From Desulfobacterales bacterium (GTDB lineage Bacteria; Desulfobacterota; Desulfobacteria; Desulfobacterales; UBA5852): DNA of 64,000 bases. The notes under the pieces are model-generated. The model was not told the origin of the DNA. It ran no database searches and saw nothing but the letters and a program-made list of their open reading frames with translations. The position numbers were made by a program, and so were the translations under genes. This document shows positions 10,834 through 21,839 of this stretch, one piece after another. The DNA lies in contig CAXXVS010000002.1 in assembly GCA_963674755.2 (NCBI GenBank), positions 1,536,001 through 1,600,000 of the forward strand. Reading direction: 5' to 3'. Positions within the stretch are counted from its first letter, which is position 1; the number at the start of each line of letters is the position of its first letter.

Positions 10834-13800
10834 TTAGACCGAGGGGATTTCATCCAGGATGTCGCGCAGCAGAAAGGCCAATTCGCGTATCACCACCGGT
10901 TTCATGACAAACCCGCGGATCCCCAGGGCTTCGGCCGCCGCCTCCGTAATCCGCTCACTATAGCCGGTGCACAGGATGATCGGCAGGTCGGGGCGATTGG
11001 CCAGGATACGCCGGGCCAGCTCATCGCCTGTCATTTCCGGCATGGTCATATCGGTGATCACCAGATCGATCGCCTGCGGATCGGCTTCAAAGGCCTCCAG
11101 GGCTTCCGAACTGCGGGTAAAGGCTTGGACGCGATACCCCAAACGGCCCAGCATCTGACACCCCAGGTCGGTTTGAAACGGTTCGTCGTCCACGAAAAGA
11201 ATCCGTTCACGGCCACCGGGCATTTTCAGGGAGGCCGGCAGGATCGCGGAAGGCCGGTCCTCGATGACCGGCAGAAAAATGATGAAGCAGGCGCCCTCCC
11301 CCGGCGTGCTGTTCACCGCGATGGCCCCGCCGATGCGCTCGACAATGCCGTGAACCACGGCAAGACCCATTCCGGTGCCCCGGCCTTCGCCCTTGGTGGT
11401 GAAAAAGGGATCGAAGATTTTTTCCATGACATGGCTGGGGATGCCCTGCCCCGTATCGCAGACCGTCAGCTTGCAGAAATTGCCGGGCGTCAGCCGCGGG
11501 TAGCGCGCCGCCTCTTCGGCACCCAGGGCCGCCACCTCCAGAATGACGGTGAGGGTGCCTTCGACATTCTCCATGGCATCCCGGGCGTTGGTGCACAGGT
11601 TCATGACCAGCTGGTGGATCTGGGTGGGATCGGCCATGACCATCCCCACCGGCTCGATGATGGCATCCATTTTGATGGTGGTCGGCAACGAAGCCCTCAG
11701 CAATTTAAGGGCCTCCTTGATAATAGGCTGGAGCTGGATGGGTCTGGGATCCATTTGCGCCTGCCGGCTGAAGGTCAGGATCTGCTTGACCAGATCCCGT
11801 GCCCGGCCGCCGGCCTGCAGCACTTTCTCGAGGTTTGCGGTTAGCCCGGATTCCGGAGGAACATCCATCAGGCTCATCTCGGTAAAGCCGATGATGGCCG
11901 ACAGGATGTTGTTGAAGTCGTGGGCAATGCCGCCCGCCAGGGTGCCGATGGCCTCCATTTTCTGCGTTTGCAGCAGCCGAAACTCGAGTTCCTGCTTGGC
12001 TTCCTCCGTTTTCATGCGCTCGGAAATATCAATGGCCACACCGCCCAGATAGGTGGGTTCCCCCTCACGGTAGAGAGGGAACTTGGATACCTGCCAGTAT
12101 TGCGTCTCACCACGATGCTCGGTGGTTTCGACGAAATTGGAAATGCGGCGTTCGTTCAGCACCCGCCGGTCGTTGGCCATCAATGCCCGCCCAACCTCCT
12201 CGGGCCAGAGATCCAGATCGGTCTTGCCCAGGCGATGGCCCTGGGGTTCGTCAAATTGCGTGCTGTAGAACGGATTCGTGTAGATATAGCGGCCTTCGCG
12301 ATCCTTGATAAACGCCAGGGCCGGAAGGTGCGTCATGAACGAATCGAACAGGGCGCGGCTTTGCCGCAGGGCCATCTCGGCCTCTTTCTGGTCGGTGATG
12401 TCCCGTCCGACGCCGATGATGGCCGTCACCTGACCGGCCTCACCCAACAGGGCCGTGTCCGACCATGCCAGCCAGCGCCATCCCTCTTTGGTACGTGCCC
12501 GCTGTTCCACAATAGCGGTATGCGGCGGGTGCGACAGCGCTTCCATGGCCTGAGCCGTGCTTTCCCGGTCATCTTCGTGCACCAGGGGCATGAACGTCCT
12601 ACCGAGCAGCTCGTCTTCGGTTTTGCCGAACATCCGGCAATAGGACGGACTTACAAAAAGAAAACGGCCTTCCAGATCCACCTTGACCACCAAATCGGTC
12701 TGGTTTTCCACCAGCAGCCGATAGCTGGCTTCCCTGGCCTGCAGACGATGGTGATTGCGGGCACTGGTAACCCCCAGCGCAATCTGGGATGCCACGCCTG
12801 AAATAAGATTGATGTCGCTGAAGGAAGTGCGTTCGGTGGCGGTGTCTTTATACATGAACAGCAGGCCGATGGTCCGATCTTCATACTGCAGGGGAACCGC
12901 TACCAGGGAGTGCACACCCAGGGCTTTCCAATAGGCGCTGCCACCCGGAAACTGACGGCGGATTTCGTCGGCATCATCGATTACCGTGGCGGCGCCCCGC
13001 CGGCAGACGGTTGCCAGGAGGCCCCCGAAGCCGTCTCTCGAAGGGTCGAGGGGCACCTCACGAATTTTTTCCATAAGCGCCGGAGGAATTCCAAACCCTC
13101 GTCCCACAAGGTGTTCCGGCTGGTCTTCCGCCATCAGCCACAGCATTCCCCCTTTATAGCTCAGCCGTTTTTGTAAAAGCGCCACCGCAGCCGATACGAA
13201 TTGTTCCGGGGTCTGCAGGGCCGAGGCGGCTTTGCCGATTTCCTGGATCAGAAACGCTCCGCTGTAACGGTATTTGATTTCCTGAATATCGCGGTCCGCC
13301 GTTTCGCCCGCGTGCGTGATCTTGTGTTTGAGTTCCCGGTTTTCCAGCAACACGGCCATCGTTCCGCCCGAACCCAGCGCCACAATCCAACCCGCCAATT
13401 CGATCAACCAGCCCCGGAGGGGCATGAAAGCCGCCGAACCGGCGAGGAGGGCAAAGGCGCCCAGAGCGCCGTAGCGCAATCCACGCTTCCAACGGTTGGA
13501 GGGCAGTGCCTGCCATGAAATCATATACTCGCAACTTTGACCGCCTCGGTGCATGCAGGCGGGGTGCTCGACCTGTGCATATTGACCGGTGAAAAGCTTG
13601 GCCAGGGCCTCCAGCATCCCGACCCGGTTATCGCACTGAAAGGACTGCTCTCGCACACCCGGCCGGGGCGTGACTTTGAGGGCAATCCGGGTGCCGGAAA
13701 CGGGCCGCGCCACATAATCCGTTGCCCTGGTCCACTCCGAAGCCACTTTGGCCACGCCGCGATACGCCATCAAGGGGGTTACGAACCCCAGGACATAGCG

Positions 13801-14067
13801 TGTCAGTATGCCGGCCGTCCGGGAAGCCTGGGAAAAGCGCCCCACTTCACGGGCCAGCCCGGGATCGCGAACCACCTGCTGCAGAGACTGGTGAAACGCA
13901 TCGATCTGCGCCTGGTTGAACCAGTGTCCCGGGTCTTCGACTTCCGCACGCCCGATATCGGCGGCTGACAAAAGGTCGTCCAGTGAAATGTCCGGATAAT
14001 GTCTTTCCAGATACTCCAGATAATTCTTTACCAAGCGGCTATTGTAGAGGGGAGGCGCATCCGTCAT
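10834..14067 (-). CDS. Hybrid histidine kinase with N-terminal V4R/HNOB-like domain, TM, GAF, two PAS, receiver
   Basis: CDNRVGMLE...[15 protein letters not shown]4R-like Cys motif, [11 protein letters not shown]-box, REC domain. Confidence 0.9.
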   Translation of the reverse strand: MTDAPPLYNSRLVKNYLEYLERHYPDISLDDLLSAADIGRAEVEDPGHWFNQAQIDAFHQSLQQVVRDPGLAREVGRFSQASRTAGILTRYVLGFVTPLMAYRGVAKVASEWTRATDYVARPVSGTRIALKVTPRPGVREQSFQCDNRVGMLEALAKLFTGQYAQVEHPACMHRGGQSCEYMISWQALPSNRWKRGLRYGALGAFALLAGSAAFMPLRGWLIELAGWIVALGSGGTMAVLLENRELKHKITHAGETADRDIQEIKYRYSGAFLIQEIGKAASALQTPEQFVSAAVALLQKRLSYKGGMLWLMAEDQPEHLVGRGFGIPPALMEKIREVPLDPSRDGFGGLLATVCRRGAATVIDDADEIRRQFPGGSAYWKALGVHSLVAVPLQYEDRTIGLLFMYKDTATERTSFSDINLISGVASQIALGVTSARNHHRLQAREASYRLLVENQTDLVVKVDLEGRFLFVSPSYCRMFGKTEDELLGRTFMPLVHEDDRESTAQAMEALSHPPHTAIVEQRARTKEGWRWLAWSDTALLGEAGQVTAIIGVGRDITDQKEAEMALRQSRALFDSFMTHLPALAFIKDREGRYIYTNPFYSTQFDEPQGHRLGKTDLDLWPEEVGRALMANDRRVLNERRISNFVETTEHRGETQYWQVSKFPLYREGEPTYLGGVAIDISERMKTEEAKQELEFRLLQTQKMEAIGTLAGGIAHDFNNILSAIIGFTEMSLMDVPPESGLTANLEKVLQAGGRARDLVKQILTFSRQAQMDPRPIQLQPIIKEALKLLRASLPTTIKMDAIIEPVGMVMADPTQIHQLVMNLCTNARDAMENVEGTLTVILEVAALGAEEAARYPRLTPGNFCKLTVCDTGQGIPSHVMEKIFDPFFTTKGEGRGTGMGLAVVHGIVERIGGAIAVNSTPGEGACFIIFLPVIEDRPSAILPASLKMPGGRERILFVDDEPFQTDLGCQMLGRLGYRVQAFTRSSEALEAFEADPQAIDLVITDMTMPEMTGDELARRILANRPDLPIILCTGYSERITEAAAEALGIRGFVMKPVVIRELAFLLRDILDEIPSV

Positions 14068-14209
14068 GTCACATTGCCTGGAAATGGTTTAGATCACTCT
14101 AAGTAAAAGGTATCCGAGAATCATGTCAATCGTTTCTAATCGACGCATGCGGATAAGGATGCGGGGTTACGTCATTGGGCCGCTATCAGCGAAGGCAGGA
14201 TGAGCCATG

Positions 14210-14563
14210 TCAGGCCAGCGCATCGAGCAGGGTACCGAGCATTTCATCGCGGGACCGGATGGTTTTCAAGTTGGCCTTGTACCCGATCTCGCTCGGTATC
14301 ATACCGGTCAGTTCATCGGCCAGATCGACGTTGGAAAGTTCCCTTTCCACCCCGGGGGTATCAGGCGCCAGGGGGTCCTCCGGCGCCGACGACATGTCTT
14401 TGGACAAACTGACCCGCACATCCCCGGCCGGCCCTTCCTGCAAAACCGCCCGGTCCCGTTTGAAGCCATTGGTGTTCACGTTGGCGATGTTGTTGGCCGT
14501 GACGCTCATTTTGCGCTCATGCGCCTGGAGGGAGGAGACCGTGCTGCTTAAACCGTCGACCAT
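14210..14563 (-). CDS. Short flagellar basal-body rod/hook family protein (FlgC/FlgE-like termini only)
   Basis: ANNIANVNTNGFK N-terminal motif and SNVDLADE...YKANLKTI C-terminal motif. Confidence 0.85.
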   Translation of the reverse strand: MVDGLSSTVSSLQAHERKMSVTANNIANVNTNGFKRDRAVLQEGPAGDVRVSLSKDMSSAPEDPLAPDTPGVERELSNVDLADELTGMIPSEIGYKANLKTIRSRDEMLGTLLDALA

Positions 14564-14691
14564 CGCGAAAGCTCCTTCGGTTCACTGTGATTCCGTCCGG
14601 GAAGGCCTGTTAAGATGGCGGAACCGTTTGAAAAGGTCCATCACCGTTCCCCGGGACGCGCCGCTACGAAACGGCAAGTCCGTCATTCCCG

Positions 14692-14718
14692 TTATCGGAT
14701 TCCGGATATAAAACTTGA
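14692..14718 (-). promoter_or_regulatory. Sigma28 (FliA)-type promoter
   Basis: Minus strand TCAAGTTT-N11-TCCGATAA against consensus TAAAGTTT-N11-GCCGATAA, upstream of the rod-family gene. Confidence 0.7.
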
Positions 14719-15002
14719 GCTTTTTTCGTCATTTTCCAGCCATACGGCCCCCGCAGCGGAAATCGCAGGATGCGGAAGGGGTCTCATGCGGGCAACGTTC
14801 GGAAATGGTCAGGATGCCTCACAGCGCTTCGCGCCAGGGCCGGGGGCCTCGCTATCTTGCGGAATGCCTGTCGATTTTGCGCTAACCCCTTGAAGGGTCT
14901 CAAGTAATTCACGATCCAGCCGATAATGTCTCTGATGTCCACACATGCTGAAAGGCATCATGGGCATCGACCTTACTATTTCGCCACCCTTAACCATTAA
15001 CC

Positions 15003-16799
15003 GTGTTGGATCAAATGCGTAAGAATATGGCATTATCCATTTCCCCAGATGATGATTCACAGCCGATGACGTGTCTCGACAATATCCAACCCCATCGGAT
15101 TCAGGCAACCTATCGCAGCGTTTTCGAAAATACGGGTACGGCCACCATCATCGTTGAAAAGGATATGACCATCGTCAAGGCCAATGCCAAATTCGAGCAA
15201 CTTTCCGGCTATGCCCGGGCGGAGATCGAGGGGCGGCTGAGTTGGCCGGAATTCGTCCATCCGGACTATGTCGCAATGATGAAGGGATTTCATCTGGCTC
15301 GCCGTTCCGGCGAGGGCCAGCCGCCCACTGAATATGAGTGCCGGGTCGTGACACGCGGGGGGCAGGTCCGTGACATCCAGATGAAAGTCGGCATGATTCC
15401 CGGCACCGGCCAGAGTATTCTTTCGTTGATGGATATCACCGCCCTCCGGGAAGCCGAGCAGACCGCTATCCACCACATGAACGAAACCCGGGAAATCGTC
15501 GATCTGATCGACGGCTATGTCTACACCTGTTCCGAGGATTACCGCATCGAATTCATGAACCGGCGTCTGATCGAACACATCGGTTGGGACGGAACGGGCC
15601 ATCACTGTTTCAAGGTGCTGCACGAACTCGAGAAACCGTGCCCCTTTTGCGTCAACAAGCGTGTCTTTCAGGGGGAGGCCGTTCGCTGGGAAATGCAGAA
15701 CCCGAAGGACCAGCGCTGGTATTATTCCATGAATACGCCGGTATTCAAGGATGGCCAGGTGGTGCGCAAGCAATCGGTGATCATCGACATCACCGACCGC
15801 AAACTGGCCGAAGAAAAGCTTCAAAAAGAACACGCGATTTTAAAGCACACGATGCAGAACCGGCAACGATTCGGCCGTATCGTCGGCAAGTGCCCGAGAA
15901 TGCAGGAAGTCTACCAGAACATCCTCCAGGCGGCCGCAACGGACTCGCCGGTGATCGTCTACGGTGAATCCGGCACGGGCAAGGAGCTCGTGGCCCGCGC
16001 CATCCACGAAATGAGCGCACGGCGGGCAAAGCCCTTCATCACCGTCAACTGCGGCGCCATTCCGTCCAATCTTCTGGAAAGTGAATTTTTCGGCCATGTG
16101 CCGGGAGCCTTTACCGGAGCCGATCGCATCAAAAAGGGCCATCTGGAGGTGGCTGACCGGGGCAGCCTCTTTCTGGATGAAATCGGCGAGATCGAATTGA
16201 TGCTGCAGCCCAAGCTGCTGCGGGCCATCGAAGGCGGGGGCTACATGCCCGTCGGTGCGGAAACCCTCAAACACCCGGATGTCCGCATTATCGCCGCCAC
16301 CAACCGCGACCTCCAAAAACTGGTTTCCGAGGGACGCATGCGTTCCGATTTCTACTACCGGGTCCACGTGATACCGATCTATCTCCCGCCCCTGCGGGAG
16401 CGCACCGGCGACCTGCCCCTGCTGATCGACCATATCATGGCCGAAATCGATCCCCACCGCACCCGGCCCATCAGTTCCGACGTAATGACTCGTCTGTTGG
16501 ACTATCACTGGCCCGGCAATGTGCGCGAACTGCAGAACGCGTTGCGGCAATATGTTGCCCTGGGCCATCTCGCGCTGGCAGCGGTCGCCCCACCCCGCAC
16601 GACATCCCCCCCTACCGTTTCCGAAACGCTTTCATCTGACCGGGAAAATGATCTCCAGGACATGATTCAGGCCTATGAGAAAAAAATCATCTCCCTGGCC
16701 TTGCAGCGTAATCGCTGGCATCGCACCAAGGCGGCCGAAAGCCTGGGCATCAACCGCCGGACGCTTTTCAAAAAAATGAAGCAGCACGCCCTCGACTGA
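15003..16799 (+). CDS. PAS-domain sigma54-dependent Fis-family activator
   Basis: Two PAS domains, GESGTGKE, GAFTGA, WPGNVREL, HTH. Start uncertain. Confidence 0.93.
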   Translation: MLDQMRKNMALSISPDDDSQPMTCLDNIQPHRIQATYRSVFENTGTATIIVEKDMTIVKANAKFEQLSGYARAEIEGRLSWPEFVHPDYVAMMKGFHLARRSGEGQPPTEYECRVVTRGGQVRDIQMKVGMIPGTGQSILSLMDITALREAEQTAIHHMNETREIVDLIDGYVYTCSEDYRIEFMNRRLIEHIGWDGTGHHCFKVLHELEKPCPFCVNKRVFQGEAVRWEMQNPKDQRWYYSMNTPVFKDGQVVRKQSVIIDITDRKLAEEKLQKEHAILKHTMQNRQRFGRIVGKCPRMQEVYQNILQAAATDSPVIVYGESGTGKELVARAIHEMSARRAKPFITVNCGAIPSNLLESEFFGHVPGAFTGADRIKKGHLEVADRGSLFLDEIGEIELMLQPKLLRAIEGGGYMPVGAETLKHPDVRIIAATNRDLQKLVSEGRMRSDFYYRVHVIPIYLPPLRERTGDLPLLIDHIMAEIDPHRTRPISSDVMTRLLDYHWPGNVRELQNALRQYVALGHLALAAVAPPRTTSPPTVSETLSSDRENDLQDMIQAYEKKIISLALQRNRWHRTKAAESLGINRRTLFKKMKQHALD

Positions 16800-16808
16800 C
16801 CTCCTTTC

Positions 16809-16893
16809 GGGAACGATCGTTCCCATTCTACTTTTCCCCTTTTATTTCAATCAGATATACTATGGTCTCTTCAAATCGGGAACGATCGTTCTC
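16809..16893. promoter_or_regulatory. Tandem palindromic enhancer (UAS) sites
   Basis: Perfect palindrome GGGAACGATCGTTCCC at 16809-16824 and near-identical GGGAACGATCGTTCTC at 16878-16893, upstream of a sigma54 promoter. Confidence 0.7.
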
Positions 16894-16983
16894 ATCCATT
16901 TCACACCATACCGGCACTTTCGCAAGGTATATTATTCTATATTTATCAGTAGGTTAAAATTTTTTCCGTTCGTGCCGAGAGCG

Positions 16984-17000
16984 TTGGCATTGTCATTGCT
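16984..17000 (+). promoter_or_regulatory. Sigma54 -24/-12 promoter of the receiver-MCP-cheW operon
   Basis: TTGGCATTGTCATTGCT fits GG-N10-GC. Confidence 0.85.
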
Positions 17001-17050
17001 TTAAACCCTGGCGAGTCTCAACAGAAATCGCACCAAGGGAGAATAGGCAC

Positions 17051-17413
17051 GTGAATGTTTTGATTGCGGAAAACGAGTTTACAACCGCCGACGCCATCCA
17101 GCAGACGGTGGAAAACATGGGCCACCGGACCGCTTGGGTCTGCACCGGTCAGGAAACCCTGCACAGTCTGGCCAGCCAGCCCTGCCAGCTGCTGATCCTG
17201 AGCGCCCAGCTGCGGGACGCGGATATCATCGAGCTGCTGCCCGACCTGCGCAAGCGCTATCCCGATATCCCGGTGGTGGCCCTGACCTCCCGTAACAGTC
17301 TGGCCCTCGAACAACAGGTACGGCAGCTGGGGGTCATCTGTTATCTTATCAAACCCCTGGATATCGATGAGCTAGGGTCCATCGTCTCGCACGTTTCCCA
17401 TAAACAGGCATAG
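17051..17413 (+). CDS. Single-domain response regulator, atypical acidic pocket
   Basis: REC fold (VLIAEN...YLIKP). The phospho-acceptor position reads LLILSA rather than Asp. Confidence 0.8.
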   Translation: MNVLIAENEFTTADAIQQTVENMGHRTAWVCTGQETLHSLASQPCQLLILSAQLRDADIIELLPDLRKRYPDIPVVALTSRNSLALEQQVRQLGVICYLIKPLDIDELGSIVSHVSHKQA

Positions 17414-17434
17414 GCAACATTTAAGGAGAACACC

Positions 17435-19324
17435 ATGAAAAAAAGAACACTCGGTTTTAAACTGGTTGCCGGCGGGATCGCCGCTGTCTTGATCCCCCTG
17501 CTCGTGGTCGGTCTGTTTGCCGTCGACAAGGCGGAAAATGCCATTACGGAAGCCTCCCAGAGCCAGGCCCTGAACATCGCCACCGATTTGGCGGAGTCCG
17601 TCAACCTGGTCCTGGCAGAGCAAATCAATAAAGTCGAAAGCCTGGCCGCGATCGACGCCTTTCGCCAAGCGGCTGAAGCACCAAGTTTGACCCCGGCGGA
17701 AGAAGACATCCTCAATCACCAGATCCATGCTGTGCTGAAAGGGATGGGCGACAATTATCAGGGCATCTTTCTGGGACGCAACGACGGCATCCTGTTCGCC
17801 GGCACCCTGGCCAACGGCACGGCCTCCTATAAGGGAATCGATGTCAACGACCGCGACTACTTCAAACAGGCCGGCAGCGGCGGCAAGGCCGTATTGAGCG
17901 ATGCGCTGCGGTCGAAGATCGACCAGAAACCGGTCATTTTTGCGGTTTCCCCCCTCCGTTCAAACGACGGGCGTCAGGTCGGCATCATCGGCCTCACCCT
18001 CAAGATCGATTTCCTGATCGACACCGTCTCCCGCAAAAAAATCGGGACCACGGGCTATGCCTTCATGGCCAACCGCAACGGCATCGTCGTGGCGCATCCC
18101 AAGTCGGAATATGTCCTGGAGCTGGATTTCAAAACCCTGGAGGGTATGGAAGACATTACCCGTCAGATGATGGCCGGCGAAACGGGCGTAGATCCGTATA
18201 CCTTCGAGGGCGTCGATAAAATCGCCGGCTTTGCCCCGGTACCCCTCACCGGCTGGAGCGTGGCCGCCACCCAGAATACCGATGAATTCATGAGTGCCTC
18301 CCGCTCCATCCGCAACGTGATCCTGATCGTGGCGTTCGGCTTCCTCACCCTCACCGTCCTCGGCGTGCTGTGGTTTGCCCGCTCCATCACCTTGCCCATC
18401 AACCGGGTGGTGACCTTGATGAACGCCGGGGCCGAGGAAGTGGCCTCGGCCTCCGGTCAGGTCTCGTCCGCCAGCCAGTCCCTGGCCGAGGGATCCTCCG
18501 AGCAGGCGGCCGCCATCGAAGAAACCTCTTCTTCGCTGGAAGAAATGGCCTCCATGACCCGTCAGAATGCGGACAACGCCAACCAGGCCGACCAGCTGAT
18601 GAAGGATGCCAACCAGATTATCGATGAAGCCAACCAGTCCATGAATCAGATGACGCACTCCATGGCTGAGATCACGCAAACCAGCGAGGAAACCCAGAAA
18701 ATTGTCAAAACCATCGATGAGATCGCCTTCCAGACCAATCTGCTGGCCTTGAATGCGGCCGTGGAAGCCGCCCGGGCCGGTGAGGCCGGGGCCGGATTTG
18801 CCGTGGTGGCCGATGAGGTCCGCAACCTTGCCATCCGCGCCGCGGAAGCTGCCAAGAACACCTCCACCCTGATCGAAGATTCGGTCAAACGCATCAAGGA
18901 GGGCTCCAGCCTGGTGGAAACCACCAACAGCGCTTTTGACAAGGTGGCCCAGAGCTCAAGCAAGGTGGCCGATCTCGTGTCGGAAATCAGCGCCGCTTCC
19001 AGCGAACAGGCCCAGGGCATCGAGCAGGTCAACAAGGCCGTCTCCGAGATGGATCAGGTGGTTCAGCAGAACGCTGCCAATGCCGAGGAATCCGCTTCGG
19101 CTTCAGAGGAAATGAACGCCCAGGCCGAGCAGATGAAAGCCGTCGTTCTGGAACTGGTGGCCATCGTGGGGGGATCGGACAAACAGGCGCCTACAGGCCA
19201 TGCGCACCGCGGCACGGCCAAAGCAACGGTAAAACCGGTCAAGAAGCCCAAACGGCCGGCCATGGCGGCCCATGCCCCCCAGGACATCATCCCGTTTGAA
19301 GACGATCAGTTTTCCGAGTTTTAA
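17435..19324 (+). CDS. Methyl-accepting chemotaxis protein with dCache domain
   Basis: Two TMs, dCache, [37 protein letters not shown] signalling hairpin. Confidence 0.96.
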   Translation: MKKRTLGFKLVAGGIAAVLIPLLVVGLFAVDKAENAITEASQSQALNIATDLAESVNLVLAEQINKVESLAAIDAFRQAAEAPSLTPAEEDILNHQIHAVLKGMGDNYQGIFLGRNDGILFAGTLANGTASYKGIDVNDRDYFKQAGSGGKAVLSDALRSKIDQKPVIFAVSPLRSNDGRQVGIIGLTLKIDFLIDTVSRKKIGTTGYAFMANRNGIVVAHPKSEYVLELDFKTLEGMEDITRQMMAGETGVDPYTFEGVDKIAGFAPVPLTGWSVAATQNTDEFMSASRSIRNVILIVAFGFLTLTVLGVLWFARSITLPINRVVTLMNAGAEEVASASGQVSSASQSLAEGSSEQAAAIEETSSSLEEMASMTRQNADNANQADQLMKDANQIIDEANQSMNQMTHSMAEITQTSEETQKIVKTIDEIAFQTNLLALNAAVEAARAGEAGAGFAVVADEVRNLAIRAAEAAKNTSTLIEDSVKRIKEGSSLVETTNSAFDKVAQSSSKVADLVSEISAASSEQAQGIEQVNKAVSEMDQVVQQNAANAEESASASEEMNAQAEQMKAVVLELVAIVGGSDKQAPTGHAHRGTAKATVKPVKKPKRPAMAAHAPQDIIPFEDDQFSEF

Positions 19325-19349
19325 GGTGAATCTGTAGAAAGGAGCTCCC

Positions 19350-19823
19350 ATGAAGAACGATCTGGCCGGCAAATATCTGACCTTCCGTCTGGCGGAGGAG
19401 GACTATGGCATTCCCCTGCTGCAGGTCAAGGAGATCATCGGCATGATGCCCGTCACGGCCGTGCCCCGCACGCCCGATTATGTCAAAGGCGTCATCAACC
19501 TGCGGGGCAAGGTGATCCCGGTAAGCGATCTGCGGCTGCGGTTCGGGATGGAGGCCGTTCCCTACAACGACCGCACCTGCATCATCGTGGTGGACATCCA
19601 GGGCATCGAGCAGGCCACCCGCATGGGGGTCATCGTGGATGCCGTATCCGAAGTCCTCAACGTCCGGGAGGAGGAAATCGAACCGGCACCGTCTTTCGGC
19701 GAGCATGTCGAGACCCGCTACATCCTGGGCATGGCCAACATGGACGAGCAGGTCAAGATTCTCCTGGACATCGATCGGGTCTTTGATCCGGAAGACATCG
19801 CCCAGCTGGAAATGGCCGCCTGA
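19350..19823 (+). CDS. cheW: Chemotaxis coupling protein CheW
   Basis: KYLTFRL...VPRTPDYVKGVINLRGKVIPV. Confidence 0.95.
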   Translation: MKNDLAGKYLTFRLAEEDYGIPLLQVKEIIGMMPVTAVPRTPDYVKGVINLRGKVIPVSDLRLRFGMEAVPYNDRTCIIVVDIQGIEQATRMGVIVDAVSEVLNVREEEIEPAPSFGEHVETRYILGMANMDEQVKILLDIDRVFDPEDIAQLEMAA

Positions 19824-20037
19824 AAGAGGGGCGCTCGAAGCCCCGCTGAAAGCTCATACCACCGGGAGGGATTCAACGGTATCGGATCCCTCCCGGATCG
19901 GTTTCCTGGGGGCGAATCCCCTCCCCTTTCATTATCCTACACGCGTGGTTCGGTCACAGGCCCGCGGCCTGCTAAAGCGGGGCGGCTCTGCGGTGGTTTG
20001 CGTTTCAGCGGCCGGACCGGCCGCCTGGTCAACGCGT

Positions 20038-20226
20038 TCAATTGGTATCTTTGGCAAGACCGCTGAAGGGGGCGATGCCGTCGAAAAGGCCGGCCGGACC
20101 TTGAAGGGGTTTCACGCCGGAGGCGTTGCATCGCGGGCATACCGCCGGCAGCGGCGTTTCACCGCGGAGCGTCACGCGCTTGAAACTGTGACCGCAGCAG
20201 GGGCAGCTATAGTCGATCGTCGGCAT
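20038..20226 (-). CDS. FmdB-family zinc-ribbon protein
   Basis: MPTIDYSCPCCGHSF...CPRC. Confidence 0.75.
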   Translation of the reverse strand: MPTIDYSCPCCGHSFKRVTLRGETPLPAVCPRCNASGVKPLQGPAGLFDGIAPFSGLAKDTN

Positions 20227-20342
20227 GCTGTTCCTCTATCGGAGATCCGCTTCACCGTCAACCGAGGGATCCGACGCCCTGTCCGCCAGACGGACCTACC
20301 CACTCCCCGTAACGGCCGGCAACCACACCCACGCACCTCCGC

Positions 20343-20741
20343 TCAGGCAGGGGTTTTGCTCCCGCTTTGTCCCATCAGAGCGGTCAGGGAAAGGCCCAGA
20401 CTGGGCAATCTCTCCACCGCCGTGCGAAAATCCTCCCGGGAGGGGACCGGACAGGCCAGCCAGTCGAATAGGAAGGTTTCGGCCTGGGCCTGGGGCAGGT
20501 TGTCCGCGGCGATGAATCCCGCCCCGGGCAGGCCCGTGCGGGCACTGACCACGAGGCTGGTGAGCGGGGGCAGGCCTTTGAGGATGCAATGGGACTGGAT
20601 CGGTTCTAGCAGCGGCCCCAGGTCGGAGGCCGGCACGCCGATCAGGCGTCCCAGGAGATCGTAAGTCAAAACCTGCCTGTTATGGGCGGCCAGCACCAGC
20701 AAAGGCCAGATACCTGTGCTCTGATCAAATCGGGATATCAT
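20343..20741 (-). CDS. Hypothetical protein (winged-helix-like)
   Basis: WPLLVLAAHNRQVLTY...LPPLTSLVVS...PGAGF; abuts the exeB stop region. Confidence 0.7.
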   Translation of the reverse strand: MISRFDQSTGIWPLLVLAAHNRQVLTYDLLGRLIGVPASDLGPLLEPIQSHCILKGLPPLTSLVVSARTGLPGAGFIAADNLPQAQAETFLFDWLACPVPSREDFRTAVERLPSLGLSLTALMGQSGSKTPA

Positions 20742-20765
20742 AGGCTCCTCGCCATAAAAACCGGT

Positions 20766-21839
20766 CTAATGGCCGGTTCTGATTTTGACCTTACCGTCCC
20801 CGTAATCCAGAACGATCCCGTCCGCGGTGATGCGCTCCAGCAAATAGCCCTCGGATCCGATACGGTCACCGGCACGATAGCGCCGGGAGTTGATATAGAC
20901 GACAGACGCCGCCGGCCTTGCGTCATAAACCAGCACGCTGATTTTAAGGCGTTTAAATTTTTCACGAAGATCCGGGGACAATTCCTGCAGCAGGGGAATC
21001 CCCTGGTCGGCGTCCTGGGACACAGCCGGCAATGGCCGGGCCGCGGCCGGTTTTTGGGCGGGCGCAGCGGTTCGGGGGATGTGCGCGCCGACCGCGTCCG
21101 GGGCCGTCTCAAGGTGGGAAGGCGATGCCGATGCCAGCGCCGCGTTTTTCTCCGGTACCGGCATCGGGGCGGAAGTTGCCGAAGCGGTCGGGGATGACGG
21201 CGCTGCACGGGGCGCCTGCGAACCAAGCGTTTCGCTTGGGAGTTCCTCCGTTGTCAGCGCCCCGGCGGCTGCCGGCGCGTCCCTTTCCGGGACGACGGCG
21301 GCCGGAGAAGTCCGGGGTGTGCGGGGCGTCCGATCCGGGGCGGCCGTTTCTCCCACTTGGCCGCCGGGAATGCGGCCTGTCCCGCCGGCCGACACGGCCA
21401 CCGGCGGGCCGAAACGCACCGCCGTTGAGCGTGATTGTTCTTCGATCGGCGCAGTTGTCTGCGTTTGCACCTCGACCGCAGGAGGCTCTGCGAGGGAGGA
21501 CGACGGGAATGGCGGCGCCTGGGGTTCCACGGCAGGGGCTTTTGGGGCAGCGCTTGGCATGGCAGGCGGGTGGGGCGCCGCAGTTGCTGCCGTTGCCTGG
21601 CGGTCCGGCCTGTCGGGGAGTGGAACCTTGTCAGGTACGCTCCGTGTGTGCAGCACGATACCCAAAACAAGGGCCAGGGCCGCCAGATTGGCCAGCAACA
21701 CGCCCACCAGCCAGGTTTGGCTTGTCTTGCGCGGCCTGGCCGGCGGAGCGTTTTCCTCGTAGAGGGCGTACAAGGCCGGCTTTTCGCCCAGCCGGCGCTC
21801 GCGTTCGGCCCTTTTCAGCGAATCAAGGATGAATGACAT
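20766..21839 (-). CDS. gspB: Type II secretion accessory protein GspB/ExeB
   Basis: MSFILDSLKRAERER N-terminus, TM, Pro/Ala linker, C-terminal VYIN...GD domain; coupled to exeA. Confidence 0.85.
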   Translation of the reverse strand: MSFILDSLKRAERERRLGEKPALYALYEENAPPARPRKTSQTWLVGVLLANLAALALVLGIVLHTRSVPDKVPLPDRPDRQATAATAAPHPPAMPSAAPKAPAVEPQAPPFPSSSLAEPPAVEVQTQTTAPIEEQSRSTAVRFGPPVAVSAGGTGRIPGGQVGETAAPDRTPRTPRTSPAAVVPERDAPAAAGALTTEELPSETLGSQAPRAAPSSPTASATSAPMPVPEKNAALASASPSHLETAPDAVGAHIPRTAAPAQKPAAARPLPAVSQDADQGIPLLQELSPDLREKFKRLKISVLVYDARPAASVVYINSRRYRAGDRIGSEGYLLERITADGIVLDYGDGKVKIRTGH

